Assembly (NCBI GenBank): GCA_963802945.1
Contig: CAWDKY010000028.1
Location: forward strand, 1-64,000
Source: an uncultured delta proteobacterium
Lineage (GTDB): Bacteria; Desulfobacterota; RBG-13-43-22
Direction: 5' to 3'
Length of the DNA stretch: 64,000 nt
How positions within the stretch are numbered: position 1 is the stretch's first letter; every line of letters begins with the position of its first letter. Below the pieces are notes generated by a model. It did not search any database. It was given only the letters and a program-made list of their open reading frames with translations, and was not told where the DNA came from. Position numbers and translations under genes: made by a program. This document shows, piece by piece, positions 1 to 10,336 of the stretch.

Positions 1-78
1 CCAGCAGTCATGATGCCTTTCACTCGAATCCTCGACCCCTTGACTCCTTGAATCCTTATTTTTATTGAGGAATAAGCC

Positions 79-2687
79 ATGCTTAAAAAAATTCGCTGGA
101 AATTTACCTTTATCGGTCTTCTGGTCGCTTTGTCTGTTTTATTTATCATTCCTTCCTTGACTAAAAACTTACCGTCGTGGTGGAGCAGTGTCTTACCCAA
201 GGAGGGATTGCGACTGGGATTGGACCTCCAGGGCGGGATGCATCTGATCCTCAAGGTGGATCTGGAAAAGGCCACTAAAAATTATCTGGAACTTTCTCAA
301 CAGGATCTACGGGAGAGCTTGAGGAAAAAACAGATCCCGGCCAGCCGGGGTGAGGCGGGAGGTGTAAACCGCCTGACTTTTCTGTTGCCCAATGCCGATC
401 ACCTTCCGGTGGTTCAGAAAACGATCAAAGAGGAATTTCCCAACCTGACTCTTGGTTTCATCGACTCCTAAGCCCGAAGGGATTCAGGTCGAGTTGGCTT
501 TAAAGGAAAAGGAAATCAAGTCTATTACTGAGAATGCCCTGTCTCAGAGCCTGGAGATTATCCGAAACCGGATCGATCAATTCGGGGTGACGGAACCGGT
601 CATCATCCGGCAGGGCTCGGATGAAATTGTGGTTCAATTACCAGGGGTCAAGGATCCTCAACGGGCCATGGATCTTATCGGCCGGACTGCCCAATTGGAA
701 TTTAAACTGGTGGATACCGAAAGCAAAGTTGACCTTCAAGGTCTTATTGATCAGGCCGTCGAAAGCGGCAGATTAAAAAGGGATTATAGCCATGCCGAAC
801 TGAACCAGGCCCTGCAGGACCAAATTCCTCCTGAAAGGGAAATCTGCATCCGGAAAGAGGTCAACCGAGAGACCGGCCGTGTCGGCCGCATCCCGGCTTT
901 GCTTTTTTCCAAGGTCTTGATGACCGGGGACGCCGTCAAAACAGCTCAGGTTCAGATCGGGGGACAGTTTAATGAGCCTTATGTCAGCATTGAGCTCAAT
1001 AGCCATGGAAGCCGGGTGTTCGATCAGATCACCCGGGACAATGTCCACCGCCAGTTGGCCATCATATTGGATCAAATTGTTCAATCGTCGCCGGTCATCC
1101 AGGAACGAATTTCCGGAGGCAAGGCCCAGATCACCGGTTCTTTTTCCATGGATGAAGCCAGCGACCTGGCTATTGTCCTGCGGGCAGGGGCTTTACCGGC
1201 GCCGGTACATGTTGTCCAGAACGTAACCGTCGGACCGTCTCTGGGCCTGGATTCCATTAATAAAGGATTTATGTCCGGTCTGGTAGGTACGGCCCTGGTG
1301 ATCTTGTTTATGATGTATTATTACCGGTTCTCCGGCCTGATTGCCGATTTTGCCTTGGTCCTGAATGTCGTATTTATGATTGCCGCCCTGGGAATCTTTC
1401 GGGCCACCTTGACCCTGCCCGGCATTGCCGGCATCATTCTGTCCATCGGTATGGCCGTGGATTCCAATGTCCTGATCTTTGAACGGATGCGGGAGGAATT
1501 TCAACAGGGCAAACCGGTCAAGTCCGGCGTGGACGGAGGATACGATAAGGCCTTCTGGACGATCATTGACTCCCATGTCACTACCTTAATTACGGCCTTT
1601 GCCTTGTTTTTATTTGGGTCCGGTCCAATCAAAGGCTTTGCCGTCACGTTAAGTATCGGCGTTATTTTCAATCTTTTTACCGCCCTTTTTTGCACCCGGG
1701 TAGTTTATGATTACTTGAGTATCAAGCGGCTGTTGAGACCCTTGCATTTTGTCCAGTTTCTGAAAAAGACCAAAATTGATTTTATCGGCTTAAGAAAATA
1801 CGCCTTTATTTTTTCGGGAATCCTTTGTTTATTGGGTTTGATTGCTTTTGTTCAGATTAACCGAGGGCAAGCCAACCTGGGTGTAGAATTCTCCGGCGGG
1901 ACCATGGCCCAATTCAAGGCCGGCCAATCTTTCCGGTCTGGAAAAGGTCCGTGGGGCCTTAGTACAAAGGGGTTTCAAGGACCTTGAATTGCAGCAGGTG
2001 GCCAACGAAAATATCCTGATGGTTAGGGCTAAAGGATCGGGACAGACCGTGAGCCAAGCGACCGATGCCATCGGCAAGGCTCTGCAGGAGGATTTTCCGG
2101 AATTAAAATTTACCCTGGAAAGCAAGGCTGAAATAGGGTCCTCAGTCAGTGCGGCCTTGAAAAAGGCGGCTTTAATCGCCATTGCTATTTCTTTGGCCGG
2201 TATTATTATCTATCTGGCCTGGCGTTTTGAATTACGCTTCGGAGTGGGCGCTGCCATTGCCACTTTTCACGATGTTTTGGCGGTCTTGGGAGTTTTTTAT
2301 TTGTTGGATAAAGAGATCACCTTGCTGATTGTAACCGCCCTTCTGACTTTGGCCGGTTATTCTCTGACCGATACGGTAGTGGTTTTTGACCGCATACGCG
2401 AGACCATGAATCGCGGCGGCAAGCGGGATTTCGGGGAGATGATCAATATAAGTATCAATGAGGTCCTTTCCCGAACCATTATTACCTCCTTAACGGTTTT
2501 CCTGGTCGTCCTGGCCCTCTTTTTCTTGGGGGGTGTGGTGATTCATGATTTCGCCCTGGCCCTGCTCATGGGGGTAATCGTAGGCACCTACTCTTCTGTC
2601 TTTGTGGCTTCGCCCGTCGTTTACTTGTGGCCGAGGAAGAAGGGAAAAGGGACGATGAAAGGGAAGGGGAGGAAAATGAGAAGGTAG
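79..2687 (+). CDS. secDF: Fused protein translocase SecDF, split by two apparent +1 frameshifts (~468, ~1935)
   Basis: SecD motifs LGLDLQGG, RIDQFGV.EP and GMAVDSN; SecF motifs LGVEFSGG and GYSLTDTVVVFDRIRE; spread over three consecutive ORFs (79-471, 452-1987, 1989-2687). Confidence 0.93.
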
Positions 2688-2976
2688 CGGATAAACTGGT
2701 GACGAGTAATGAAAGATAGGAATGGAGGGAAGTCGTCAGAGTTAGCGACTGTCATCCATTGAGAATAGTTTTGAGATTTGAGTTCGGGGTTCGGAGCATC
2801 TTCTCTTTTAATAGTTCGGTGCACTAAGTAGTTTAATAGTTCAAAAGCATCTGAGTAACTGGAAATTTATATTCCGAAATCCGAAATTTTGTTGCTTTTT
2901 CCGATCAGGTTGTCTTTTATATTTGATCCCCTCGCCCGCCAATTCAAAAATCTTCAAAAATGAATTCAACCATGTT

Positions 2977-3133
2977 TAATGAACTCGTAAAAGTCGTTGG
3001 AAGCCTGTTTTTGTCATTCCGGTCCCGCATCAAGAGCGGGATAGACTCAGCCGGAATCCAGTTTTTTTAAGGCAGTTATACTTATCCTGAACCCCGGCTT
3101 TCGCCGGGGTGACGGCTTTTTACGACCTTTTCA
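2977..3133. repeat. MITE/REP-like element with internal palindromes
   Basis: Outer imperfect IR gaactcgtaaaagtc / gctttttacgacc; internal gtcattccgg...ccggaatccag and ccccggctttcgccggggtgac. Confidence 0.75.
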
Positions 3134-3144
3134 GGTTTTATCCA

Positions 3145-3270
3145 ATGGGATTCTTCATAGAAAAAATAAAAAATTTATACTACGGCAGGGTGATGGTTGT
3201 TTTGGCGGTCATGGGAATGATCGTCTTAGGGATCCAGGCTTATTCCTTCGGCATATTCATGAACCAGGGG
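3145..3270 (+). pseudogene. Possible MFS transporter N-terminal remnant
   Basis: LYYGRVMVVLA...YSFGIF resembles the first MFS helix (YYGW...YSFGVF); similarity then stops. Confidence 0.35.
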
Positions 3271-3592
3271 ACCAAGGTTACATCTTTGACTTCACCGGGG
3301 GTATCGTTTGGCCTTTCACATCACGATCGTACTTTGTGTTTGCGCTTTTATTCTCAGTTTACTTTTATTAAGGTCCTAAGGCAAGGAGCAGAGGAATGGG
3401 TAAAAACAGAGAATGGAAATCGTGTTTTGATTTCATTTGACAGCTTAATTCCTGAATGTTAGAAAATTATAACATAAAGTTAGAGGATTCCAGGGCTTGC
3501 GACGAGCTCAGCCGAGACGTTCAAGGGTTTTAACTTTCATACCTTCCCATTGAATCCTTGAATCCTCATTTTGGAAAAGGAGATTATCACCA

Positions 3593-4672
3593 ATGGAAGA
3601 CCAAAACCAGATCAGGGGGCAAAAGGAGCTCCAGGAAAAGGTTCTGAAGGCCCACCTCTGTACAGGTTGCGGGGCCTGTGTCAACCTTTGCCCTTATCAG
3701 GTTATATATAATGACCAGACGATTGTGCTGCATCCTTGCGATCTCAAGGAAGGTCGATGTTATGCCTTTTGTCCGAGAACACCCACGGATTGTGACGCCC
3801 TGAGGAAATTGCTTTTTGATGAAGCGGATATGACCCCTGAAATAGGTCCGGTTAAAGGATTCTGTATCGCCAGGGTAGCGGACCAACAGGCACGAAAACA
3901 GGCCCAACATGGAGGAACGGTCACGGCCTTGATGTCCCTGGCCATTCAGGAAGGGATTATTGATACGGCTATCGTAGCTGAAGGACAGGAAGATTTCCAA
4001 CATCATGGAGTGACGGTTCACGATGTATCTGGAATCAGGAGGAGGGGGAAAAGCAAGTTTATCGTCTCCCCGACCATAGCGGAGTTCAATAAAGCGGCCC
4101 AGGGAGAAGCTCAAAAGATCGGGGTCGTAGCCACACCCTGCCAGGCCTTTGCTCTGGCCAAGATGCGCCTGAAACCCATTTCGACCAACGACAACCAGAT
4201 CGATAAATTAAAATTGGTTATCGGTTTGTTTTGCGGATGGACCCTTTCCTGGCGAAGATTCGCCGATCTGTTGACGTCTAAAACAAAACTTTCGGACATA
4301 ACCGGTATGGATATTCCTCCTGGAAAAAGGACCGTGGAAGTCTATACCACCAACGGGACGCTCCATTTTTCAATGGACGAGCTTGCACCTTATATACGGG
4401 AGGCTTGCCATTATTGTATGGATACGACCGCCGAGTTCAGCGACATTTCCGTCGGCTCGGCCAGGATTCCGGAAGGGGATTGGGCCGAAACCAAGTCCTG
4501 GAACCAGGTTATCGTCAGATCCAAGCGCGGACAGGAGTTGTTGGAGCTGGCCAGGGCCAAGGGCGTTCTTGAATTTCGCGAAGTACCGAAAGGGGTTCTC
4601 GAAGACTTGAAAAAGGCCGCCATGGAAAAGAAACAAACGGCGTTGGACCGGTTGACGGAAAAGAATAAATAG
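3593..4672 (+). CDS. Coenzyme F420 hydrogenase/dehydrogenase beta-subunit (FrhB family) FAD/FeS protein
   Basis: N-terminal CTGCGACVNLCP, QHGGTVT, ATPCQ, IGLFC, CHYC.D, DISVG. Confidence 0.88.
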   Translation: MEDQNQIRGQKELQEKVLKAHLCTGCGACVNLCPYQVIYNDQTIVLHPCDLKEGRCYAFCPRTPTDCDALRKLLFDEADMTPEIGPVKGFCIARVADQQARKQAQHGGTVTALMSLAIQEGIIDTAIVAEGQEDFQHHGVTVHDVSGIRRRGKSKFIVSPTIAEFNKAAQGEAQKIGVVATPCQAFALAKMRLKPISTNDNQIDKLKLVIGLFCGWTLSWRRFADLLTSKTKLSDITGMDIPPGKRTVEVYTTNGTLHFSMDELAPYIREACHYCMDTTAEFSDISVGSARIPEGDWAETKSWNQVIVRSKRGQELLELARAKGVLEFREVPKGVLEDLKKAAMEKKQTALDRLTEKNK

Positions 4673-4730
4673 ATAAAGAAATTGAAAATTTTTTTTAATC
4701 CCAAATGTATTAAGGTAGCCTGTAAAAAGT

Positions 4731-4795
4731 TGGAGTACTGGAGTGTTGGAGTGATGGTTTTAAAACCAGTACTCCAGTACTCCAACACTCCAGTA
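4731..4795. repeat. Inverted array of 8-mer repeats (TGGAGTRY)n...(RYACTCCA)n
   Basis: tggagtac tggagtgt tggagtga tgg ttttaaaa cca gtactcca gtactcca acactcca. Confidence 0.85.
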
Positions 4796-4882
4796 TAAAA
4801 AGGTAAGGATATATTCACAGGTTTGTTTTTTAAGAATTTATCCTAGGCCGGAAAGCATTCCGGATTCGATACGGAGGACCCT

Positions 4883-6820
4883 ATGTCAAAATTGACGGAT
4901 CAAAATGAAGGGAAGCAATATTTGCTTATGGGCAATGAAGCCATTGCCCGGGGGGCGCTGGAAGCGGGGATCAGTGTGGCCAGCGGCTATCCGGGCACCC
5001 CGTCTTCGGAAATCATCGAGAGCCTGGCTAAAGCCGCCAAAGAGAGAAATCTCTATGTGGAGTGGTCGACCAATGAAAAAGTGGCTTTGGAAGTGGCTGC
5101 CGCCGCATCCTTCGCCCAGCTCAGATCTTTATGTGTCATGAAACAAAACGGAGTCAATGTGGCCTCTGATTTTCTTCTCCATCTGGCCGGTTCAGGAACC
5201 CGGGGAGGGATGGTCCTGGTCACCTGCGATGATCCCGGGGCCTTATCCAGTGTTAATGAAGGGGAATCCAGACATTTTGCCAAGATGGTAGAAATTCCTC
5301 TGCTGGAGCCGGGTGATTTTCAGGAAGCCAAGGATATGACCCAGTGGGCCTTCGAGCTGTCGGAAACTATCAGGAGTCTGGTTGTCGTTCGAAGTGTAAC
5401 CCGGATGTCGCATGCCAGCGGGAATGTTCGATTCGGGAAACTTCCAGGTAAGGAAAAACAGGCCATATTCATATACGACGGTTTCGTACTCGATCCTTTG
5501 GAAGGGCTGGTCATCAGTGCCCCGGTCAGTTTCAAGCACAAACAGCAACAGGATAAACTTATTAAGACCAGAGAAATTTTTGAAAAGAGTCCTTTTAATA
5601 CTTATGTAGGCCCCGAAAAACCTGAACTTCTGCTGATCACAAGCAGCGCCTGCACCCTTTATAGCCGGGAGGCTGTTCATCTTCTGGGACTGCAGAGCAG
5701 GGTAGGGGTGTTGAAAATGGGCACGACCTGGCCCCTGCCGCCGGGATTGATTATGAAGTACCTGTCTCTTACTGACAAGATTTTGTTCGTGGAAGAGGTT
5801 TTGCCTTTTCTGGAAGAAAACGTGAAGATTCTGGCCGCCGAACAGGCAAAAGAAATCGGGGTCAAGATCTTCCATGGCAAGAATGACGGCAGCATACCGA
5901 TGGTGGGAGAGATGAATCCAGACTTTGTCGTATCCATCCTGGCAAAGCTTATGGAAATTGAGTATGTCCCCATGTCCAAGGAATATGAAGAGAAGGCTGT
6001 GCAGTATAATATTGCCAAAGCGCCTAATAGAGAGCAGACCTTCTGCCCGGGGTGTCCGCATCGGGCATCCTTCTGGAGTATTCACAATGCCCTCCTGATG
6101 GACAACCGCAAGGGTTTTGTCTGCGGCGATATCGGCTGCTATACCATGGCCATAGGCAGTACGGGTTTCCGAACCTTGAAAACATTGCACTCCATGGGAT
6201 CGGGCACCGGTGTAGCCAGTGGCTTCGGCAAGTTGGGTCAATTCGGCCTGGATCAACCGGTGCTGTCCGTCTGCGGGGATTCGACCTTTTATCATGCTGC
6301 CATGCCGGCCCTGGTCAATGCCGTCCATCATAAATCCAACATCACGATGGTGGTTTTGGACAACAGCGGTACGGCTATGACCGGCTTTCAGCCTCATCCG
6401 GGACTTCAGGTCAATGCCATGGGAGAAACCATGCCCGAGGTCGACATCGCCAAAATTTGTCAGGCCATAGGGGCCAGAGTGGAGATCCGTGATCCCTTCA
6501 ATCTGAAAGAGACCCAGGAAACACTCAATCAACTGATGGCCGACAAGCAAGGGGCCAAGGTTTTAATCCTGCGCCAGAAATGCGCTTTGTCACCTGAAAG
6601 AAAGGCCAAAAAATATTTTGAGATGCATGTCGATGAAACCCGATGTCTTGGCGAAAATTGCGGCTGCAATCGCCTCTGCACGCGAATCTTGAGTTGTCCG
6701 GGTCTGTTCTGGGACAAAGACAAAAAGACCGCCAAGATCGATGAAGTTATTTGTGCCGGTTGCGGTGTCTGTTCTTATATCTGTCCTGTTGAAGCCATTA
6801 AAAGAGAGGAGGTGGCCTGA
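4883..6820 (+). CDS. iorA: Indolepyruvate:ferredoxin oxidoreductase alpha subunit
   Basis: MGNEAIARGALEAG, YPGTPSSE, FCPGCPH, GDIGCY, TPP motif GDSTF...LDN, C-terminal ferredoxin. Confidence 0.93.
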   Translation: MSKLTDQNEGKQYLLMGNEAIARGALEAGISVASGYPGTPSSEIIESLAKAAKERNLYVEWSTNEKVALEVAAAASFAQLRSLCVMKQNGVNVASDFLLHLAGSGTRGGMVLVTCDDPGALSSVNEGESRHFAKMVEIPLLEPGDFQEAKDMTQWAFELSETIRSLVVVRSVTRMSHASGNVRFGKLPGKEKQAIFIYDGFVLDPLEGLVISAPVSFKHKQQQDKLIKTREIFEKSPFNTYVGPEKPELLLITSSACTLYSREAVHLLGLQSRVGVLKMGTTWPLPPGLIMKYLSLTDKILFVEEVLPFLEENVKILAAEQAKEIGVKIFHGKNDGSIPMVGEMNPDFVVSILAKLMEIEYVPMSKEYEEKAVQYNIAKAPNREQTFCPGCPHRASFWSIHNALLMDNRKGFVCGDIGCYTMAIGSTGFRTLKTLHSMGSGTGVASGFGKLGQFGLDQPVLSVCGDSTFYHAAMPALVNAVHHKSNITMVVLDNSGTAMTGFQPHPGLQVNAMGETMPEVDIAKICQAIGARVEIRDPFNLKETQETLNQLMADKQGAKVLILRQKCALSPERKAKKYFEMHVDETRCLGENCGCNRLCTRILSCPGLFWDKDKKTAKIDEVICAGCGVCSYICPVEAIKREEVA

Positions 6821-6823
6821 GCC

Positions 6824-7444
6824 ATGACCCAAACTCAATTACCCAAAGAACCGTACAATATCATCATCACCGGAGTCGGGGGGCAAGGAAACGTCATGGC
6901 CTCCAGGATACTATCGAATATGCTGGTTCACCGAGGATATCATATTACCATAGGTGAAACCTTCGGGGCCTCTCAACGCGGCGGATCAGTGATGAGTCAT
7001 ATCCGGGTTTCGGCCGATTCCACCTGGAGCCCTCAAATACCCAAGGGGAAAGCGGATATCGTCGTCACCCTGGAACCCATTGAGGCCATCAGGGTCTTGA
7101 TGAACTATGGAAACCCTGAAATCAAGGTACTGACCAATACCCGTCCCATCTATCCGGTGGGAGTCATTTCCGGGGAGCTTAATTATCCGTCCAAGGAGGA
7201 AATTCAGGAGGCAATCAGGGATTTGTCTTCCGATGCCTGGTTTATCGATGCCACCGACGAGGCGGTAAAATTAGGTAATCCCATTCTGGGAAATATCATA
7301 ATGATCGGAGCACTTGCCGGAACAGGACTTTTACCCGTTGACCGCCAGAATTTTCAGGAAGTGATACGGGAAAATTTGCCGGCCGGCACTTTAGACACCA
7401 ATCTGAAGGCCTTTGATCTGGGTGCGGACAAGGTTAAACAATAA
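6824..7444 (+). CDS. iorB: Indolepyruvate:ferredoxin oxidoreductase beta subunit
   Basis: GVGGQG, SQRGGSVMSHIR; directly after iorA. Confidence 0.92.
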   Translation: MTQTQLPKEPYNIIITGVGGQGNVMASRILSNMLVHRGYHITIGETFGASQRGGSVMSHIRVSADSTWSPQIPKGKADIVVTLEPIEAIRVLMNYGNPEIKVLTNTRPIYPVGVISGELNYPSKEEIQEAIRDLSSDAWFIDATDEAVKLGNPILGNIIMIGALAGTGLLPVDRQNFQEVIRENLPAGTLDTNLKAFDLGADKVKQ

Positions 7445-7475
7445 CTGATTTTCTTAATTCATAAAAGGTATCACC

Positions 7476-7703
7476 ATGTCGTCCGAAAAACAAAAATCCC
7501 AGGACCCTAAACTACCCGAAACCGATTTGGAGCCGGAATTGGAGGAGGATTTTCTATTTGAAGAAATTGAAATCGAAGAGGACCTAGAAGACTCACTGTC
7601 TCCAGAGGGAAGGGATATTTTTTTAGAAGGACTGGATGAAGAACTCGATGAATGGGAAGAATATATCGATTCTCATTGGAATAAAATCATCAATGAGCAA
7701 TGA
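7476..7703 (+). CDS. Small, highly acidic hypothetical protein
   Basis: 75-aa ORF rich in E/D with a weak RBS (aaaggt). Confidence 0.45.
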   Translation: MSSEKQKSQDPKLPETDLEPELEEDFLFEEIEIEEDLEDSLSPEGRDIFLEGLDEELDEWEEYIDSHWNKIINEQ

Positions 7704-8002
7704 AGAACTCGTAAAAAGCTTAATCCACGTTACTCCGGAGAATCCCGGTTCAGGTCCGGGACAGGCGCCGGGGTTCTGAATGGGATGAGATTACTGGATT
7801 CCGGGTCAAGAGGCTATGTTGCAATTATATTTTTGTCATTCCGTGCAAGCGAAGCGCGGCACGGAATCCAATAATTTCATTAAGTTCTGGATGCCGGCTT
7901 CCGCCGGCATGACGGCCTTGATGGCTCTATCTGCCATTACGACATAGTCTCCAAGCCCGGAATGACGAAAATGAGCTTCGCTGATTTTTTACGTATCCAT
8001 CA
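7701..8002. mobile_element. MITE/REP-like element carrying a nested 142-bp MITE (7810-7951)
   Basis: Outer imperfect IR tgaagaactcgtaaaaag / ttttttacgtatccatca; inner TIR gaggctatgttgcaat / attacgacatagtctc flanked by a CAA duplication. Confidence 0.75.
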
Positions 8003-8089
8003 ATAATGAAGGATTGATGATTGCAGGAATCAAACCGCTTCGGATGTGAGGTTTGAATCCTTTTTTGCTTCCTGAAAGGATCATAGTTT

Positions 8090-9580
8090 ATGACCAGGGG
8101 TATGAATGTGACCAATAAAGAACAATTAGAAAGAATTTTTCATCCCAAACGTATTGCCGTTATCGGTGTTTCTGGGGGTAACAATTTTGGTTACGGCAGC
8201 CGGACGATCATAACCATGCAACTCTTCGGTTATCAGGGTGAACTTTATCCTGTCAATCCCAAAGGGGGGAACCATTTCCGGATTGAAAATTTGCAAAACC
8301 CTGGAAGAGATCCCCGGGGAATTGGATTTGGCGATTATCGCCGTTCCAGCCTCTTTGGTTCCCGAGGCCCTTGAGGCCTGCAGACAAAGGGGGGTGATCG
8401 GGGCTGAAATATTATCCGCCGGATTTAAAGAACTGGCCACTCCTGAAGGCAGGGCATTGGAAGAAGAAATCAAAGGTATAGTCAAAAAAGGGATCCGCGT
8501 TGTTGGACCGAACTGTTTTGGAATCTATTGTCCGGCCGGCGGGATAACCATCTTGCCGGGAGCTGAATTTCCCCGTGAAAGCGGGCCGGTTGCCTTCCTG
8601 GCGCAGAGTGGGGGTATGGCGGGTGATTTTGTTAATAATGGCAATTCCCTCGGTTTGAAATTCAGCAAGGTAGTCAGTTTCGGAAACGGCGTTGATCTGA
8701 GGGAAACGGAGTTGTTGCAGTACCTGGGGGATGATCCGGAAACCAAGGTCATATGCATGTATATGGAAGGGGTGGAGGACGGCAGGGCCTTTTATCAAGG
8801 TCCTTAAGGAAGTCACGGCCAAAAAGCCGGTCATTATTTATAAAGGGGGCCTTTCCAAGTCCGGCAGCCGGGCGGTTGTCAGTCATACCGCTTCCCTGGG
8901 GGGCAGCCGGCAAATCTGGGAATCGATGATGCGCCAGGCCAATGCCGTTCAGGTGAAAAATTCCTGGAGAAATGGCCCAAGTCGCACTGGCCTTTATTTT
9001 GCTTCCGAAAGGGCATTACCGGGGGTCTCCGTGGTCGGGGGAGGCGGGGCACTCGGGGTTACGGCCGGCGACACGGCCGAACCCTATGGTTTCGAACTTC
9101 CTATTTTACCCACCGATATCCAGGAACAAATCATGGCCATTCTTCCCAAGCCGGGCTCCAGCGCCTCCAATCCGATTGATGCCGCCAACCCGGGAGTTCC
9201 GCCCGAGATCTTAAAGGAGGTCTTGCTGAAGGCCGGGGCCTTTGAAAAGATCGATCTTGCAGATATTGATACAGTTGCTTTATATCTTCAAGTCTTTTTT
9301 CCGGCTGAGCAATATTCCACTGGATGAGGCTGTACCCTATACTCAACTGGGAAAGGCCGTCCAAGAGGTGCAAGATCAGACGAACAAGCCGGTTGTTCTT
9401 GTCTTGCCCAACAGCAAGAGGGATGTGGAAGATCTCGACCTCGAAGAGGTCAGACGTAAAGCAGGGTATTTATTTTTTGAGAAAAAGATATTAACTTACG
9501 AAAATCTTGAAGATGCCTTCAAGGTCATTGCCCAGGTCTCGCGCTACTATGCGCGAAGAGAAACTATTAAGGCCAACTGA
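8090..9580 (+). CDS. ADP-forming acyl-CoA synthetase alpha-type (CoA-binding) protein, multiply frameshifted
   Basis: IAVIGVS, YPVNPK, VGPNCFG, AQSGG, SHTASL (phospho-His), SNPID across 5 overlapping ORFs. Confidence 0.85.
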
Positions 9581-9609
9581 AAACCGTTCCAAATCAAAAA
9601 ACATTACCG

Positions 9610-9702
9610 ATGGGCCCTTCATCTGAACTTTACTTTGAAGTCCTTCCGGGCAATGGACCGTATTTGTTGCTGGTCCATGGATTTTTGTCCAGTCGGGCCT
9701 AA
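9610..9702 (+). pseudogene. Alpha/beta hydrolase N-terminal fragment
   Basis: Manual translation MGPSSELYFEVLPGNGPYLLLVHGFLSSRA* contains the LLVHG motif. Confidence 0.55.
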
Positions 9703-9894
9703 ATGAACTTTTCAGCCCGTTCGTTTAAATGAACTAAATCAACAGCACCATAATTAGACTACCGTCTTATTCAATTTACCAGAACTTATCGAGAAACCGG
9801 GGATGCCTTCCGGTCGTACCCTTATTCTTTATTAACCTTCAGACTCAGAGTTTATTACCTGTCTCAGGCTGTCCAATGACTGGGGTCCACTGTC

Positions 9895-10287
9895 TTAAAC
9901 AAAAAAAGAATTTACTTTCTCCACCAGATCTTTGGGGTTAATGGGTTTTTCAAGAAACATGTTCACAGGAATCCAGGAACCATCAAGATCTTGTTCGGAA
10001 AATTTACCCATATAAATCCCTTTTTCATTAATGGCGGACAGCATGATAACAGGGATCATGGCTAATTCTTTATCGGCTTTAATTTTTCTGGCTATTTCAA
10101 ATCCTGCCGATGAGTCTTCCGGGAACATCACATCAAGGATAATAAGATCTGGCTTGAAATGTTTTAGATTGTTGTTAATGTTGATTTCATCATACTGAGC
10201 ACCGACTTCATAGTTGTTTTTTCCCAAAACAATCGATATCGATTCTACGATATCCCGATCATCATCAATAACGTATACTCTTCGCAT
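9895..10287 (-). CDS. Single-domain response regulator
   Basis: VIDDD, ILDVMFP, MLSA, EKP. Confidence 0.9.
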   Translation of the reverse strand: MRRVYVIDDDRDIVESISIVLGKNNYEVGAQYDEININNNLKHFKPDLIILDVMFPEDSSAGFEIARKIKADKELAMIPVIMLSAINEKGIYMGKFSEQDLDGSWIPVNMFLEKPINPKDLVEKVNSFFV

Positions 10288-10336
10288 AGGCACCTCCTAA
10301 TTAAAAGATTAACTCCTACAGCCATTTCTCACAACT

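Noticed and set aside
79-2687. Programmed frameshifting or pseudogenisation of secDF, and likewise of mvhA ~24007, qmoC-like ~21510, 8090-9580, ~45555 and ~49120
   Set aside because: Where checked (secDF, mvhA, qmoC-like) these are single extra bases, mostly in short runs, scattered through unrelated and housekeeping genes. Long-read indel error is the simplest explanation.
4731-4795. CRISPR array
   Set aside because: Repeats are 8 nt, inverted and have no unique spacers; no cas genes are present.
5243-6550. Long antisense ORFs (also 19835-20806, 39496-40602, 49707-50789)
   Set aside because: They are shadows of well-supported genes on the opposite strand and show no recognisable motifs.
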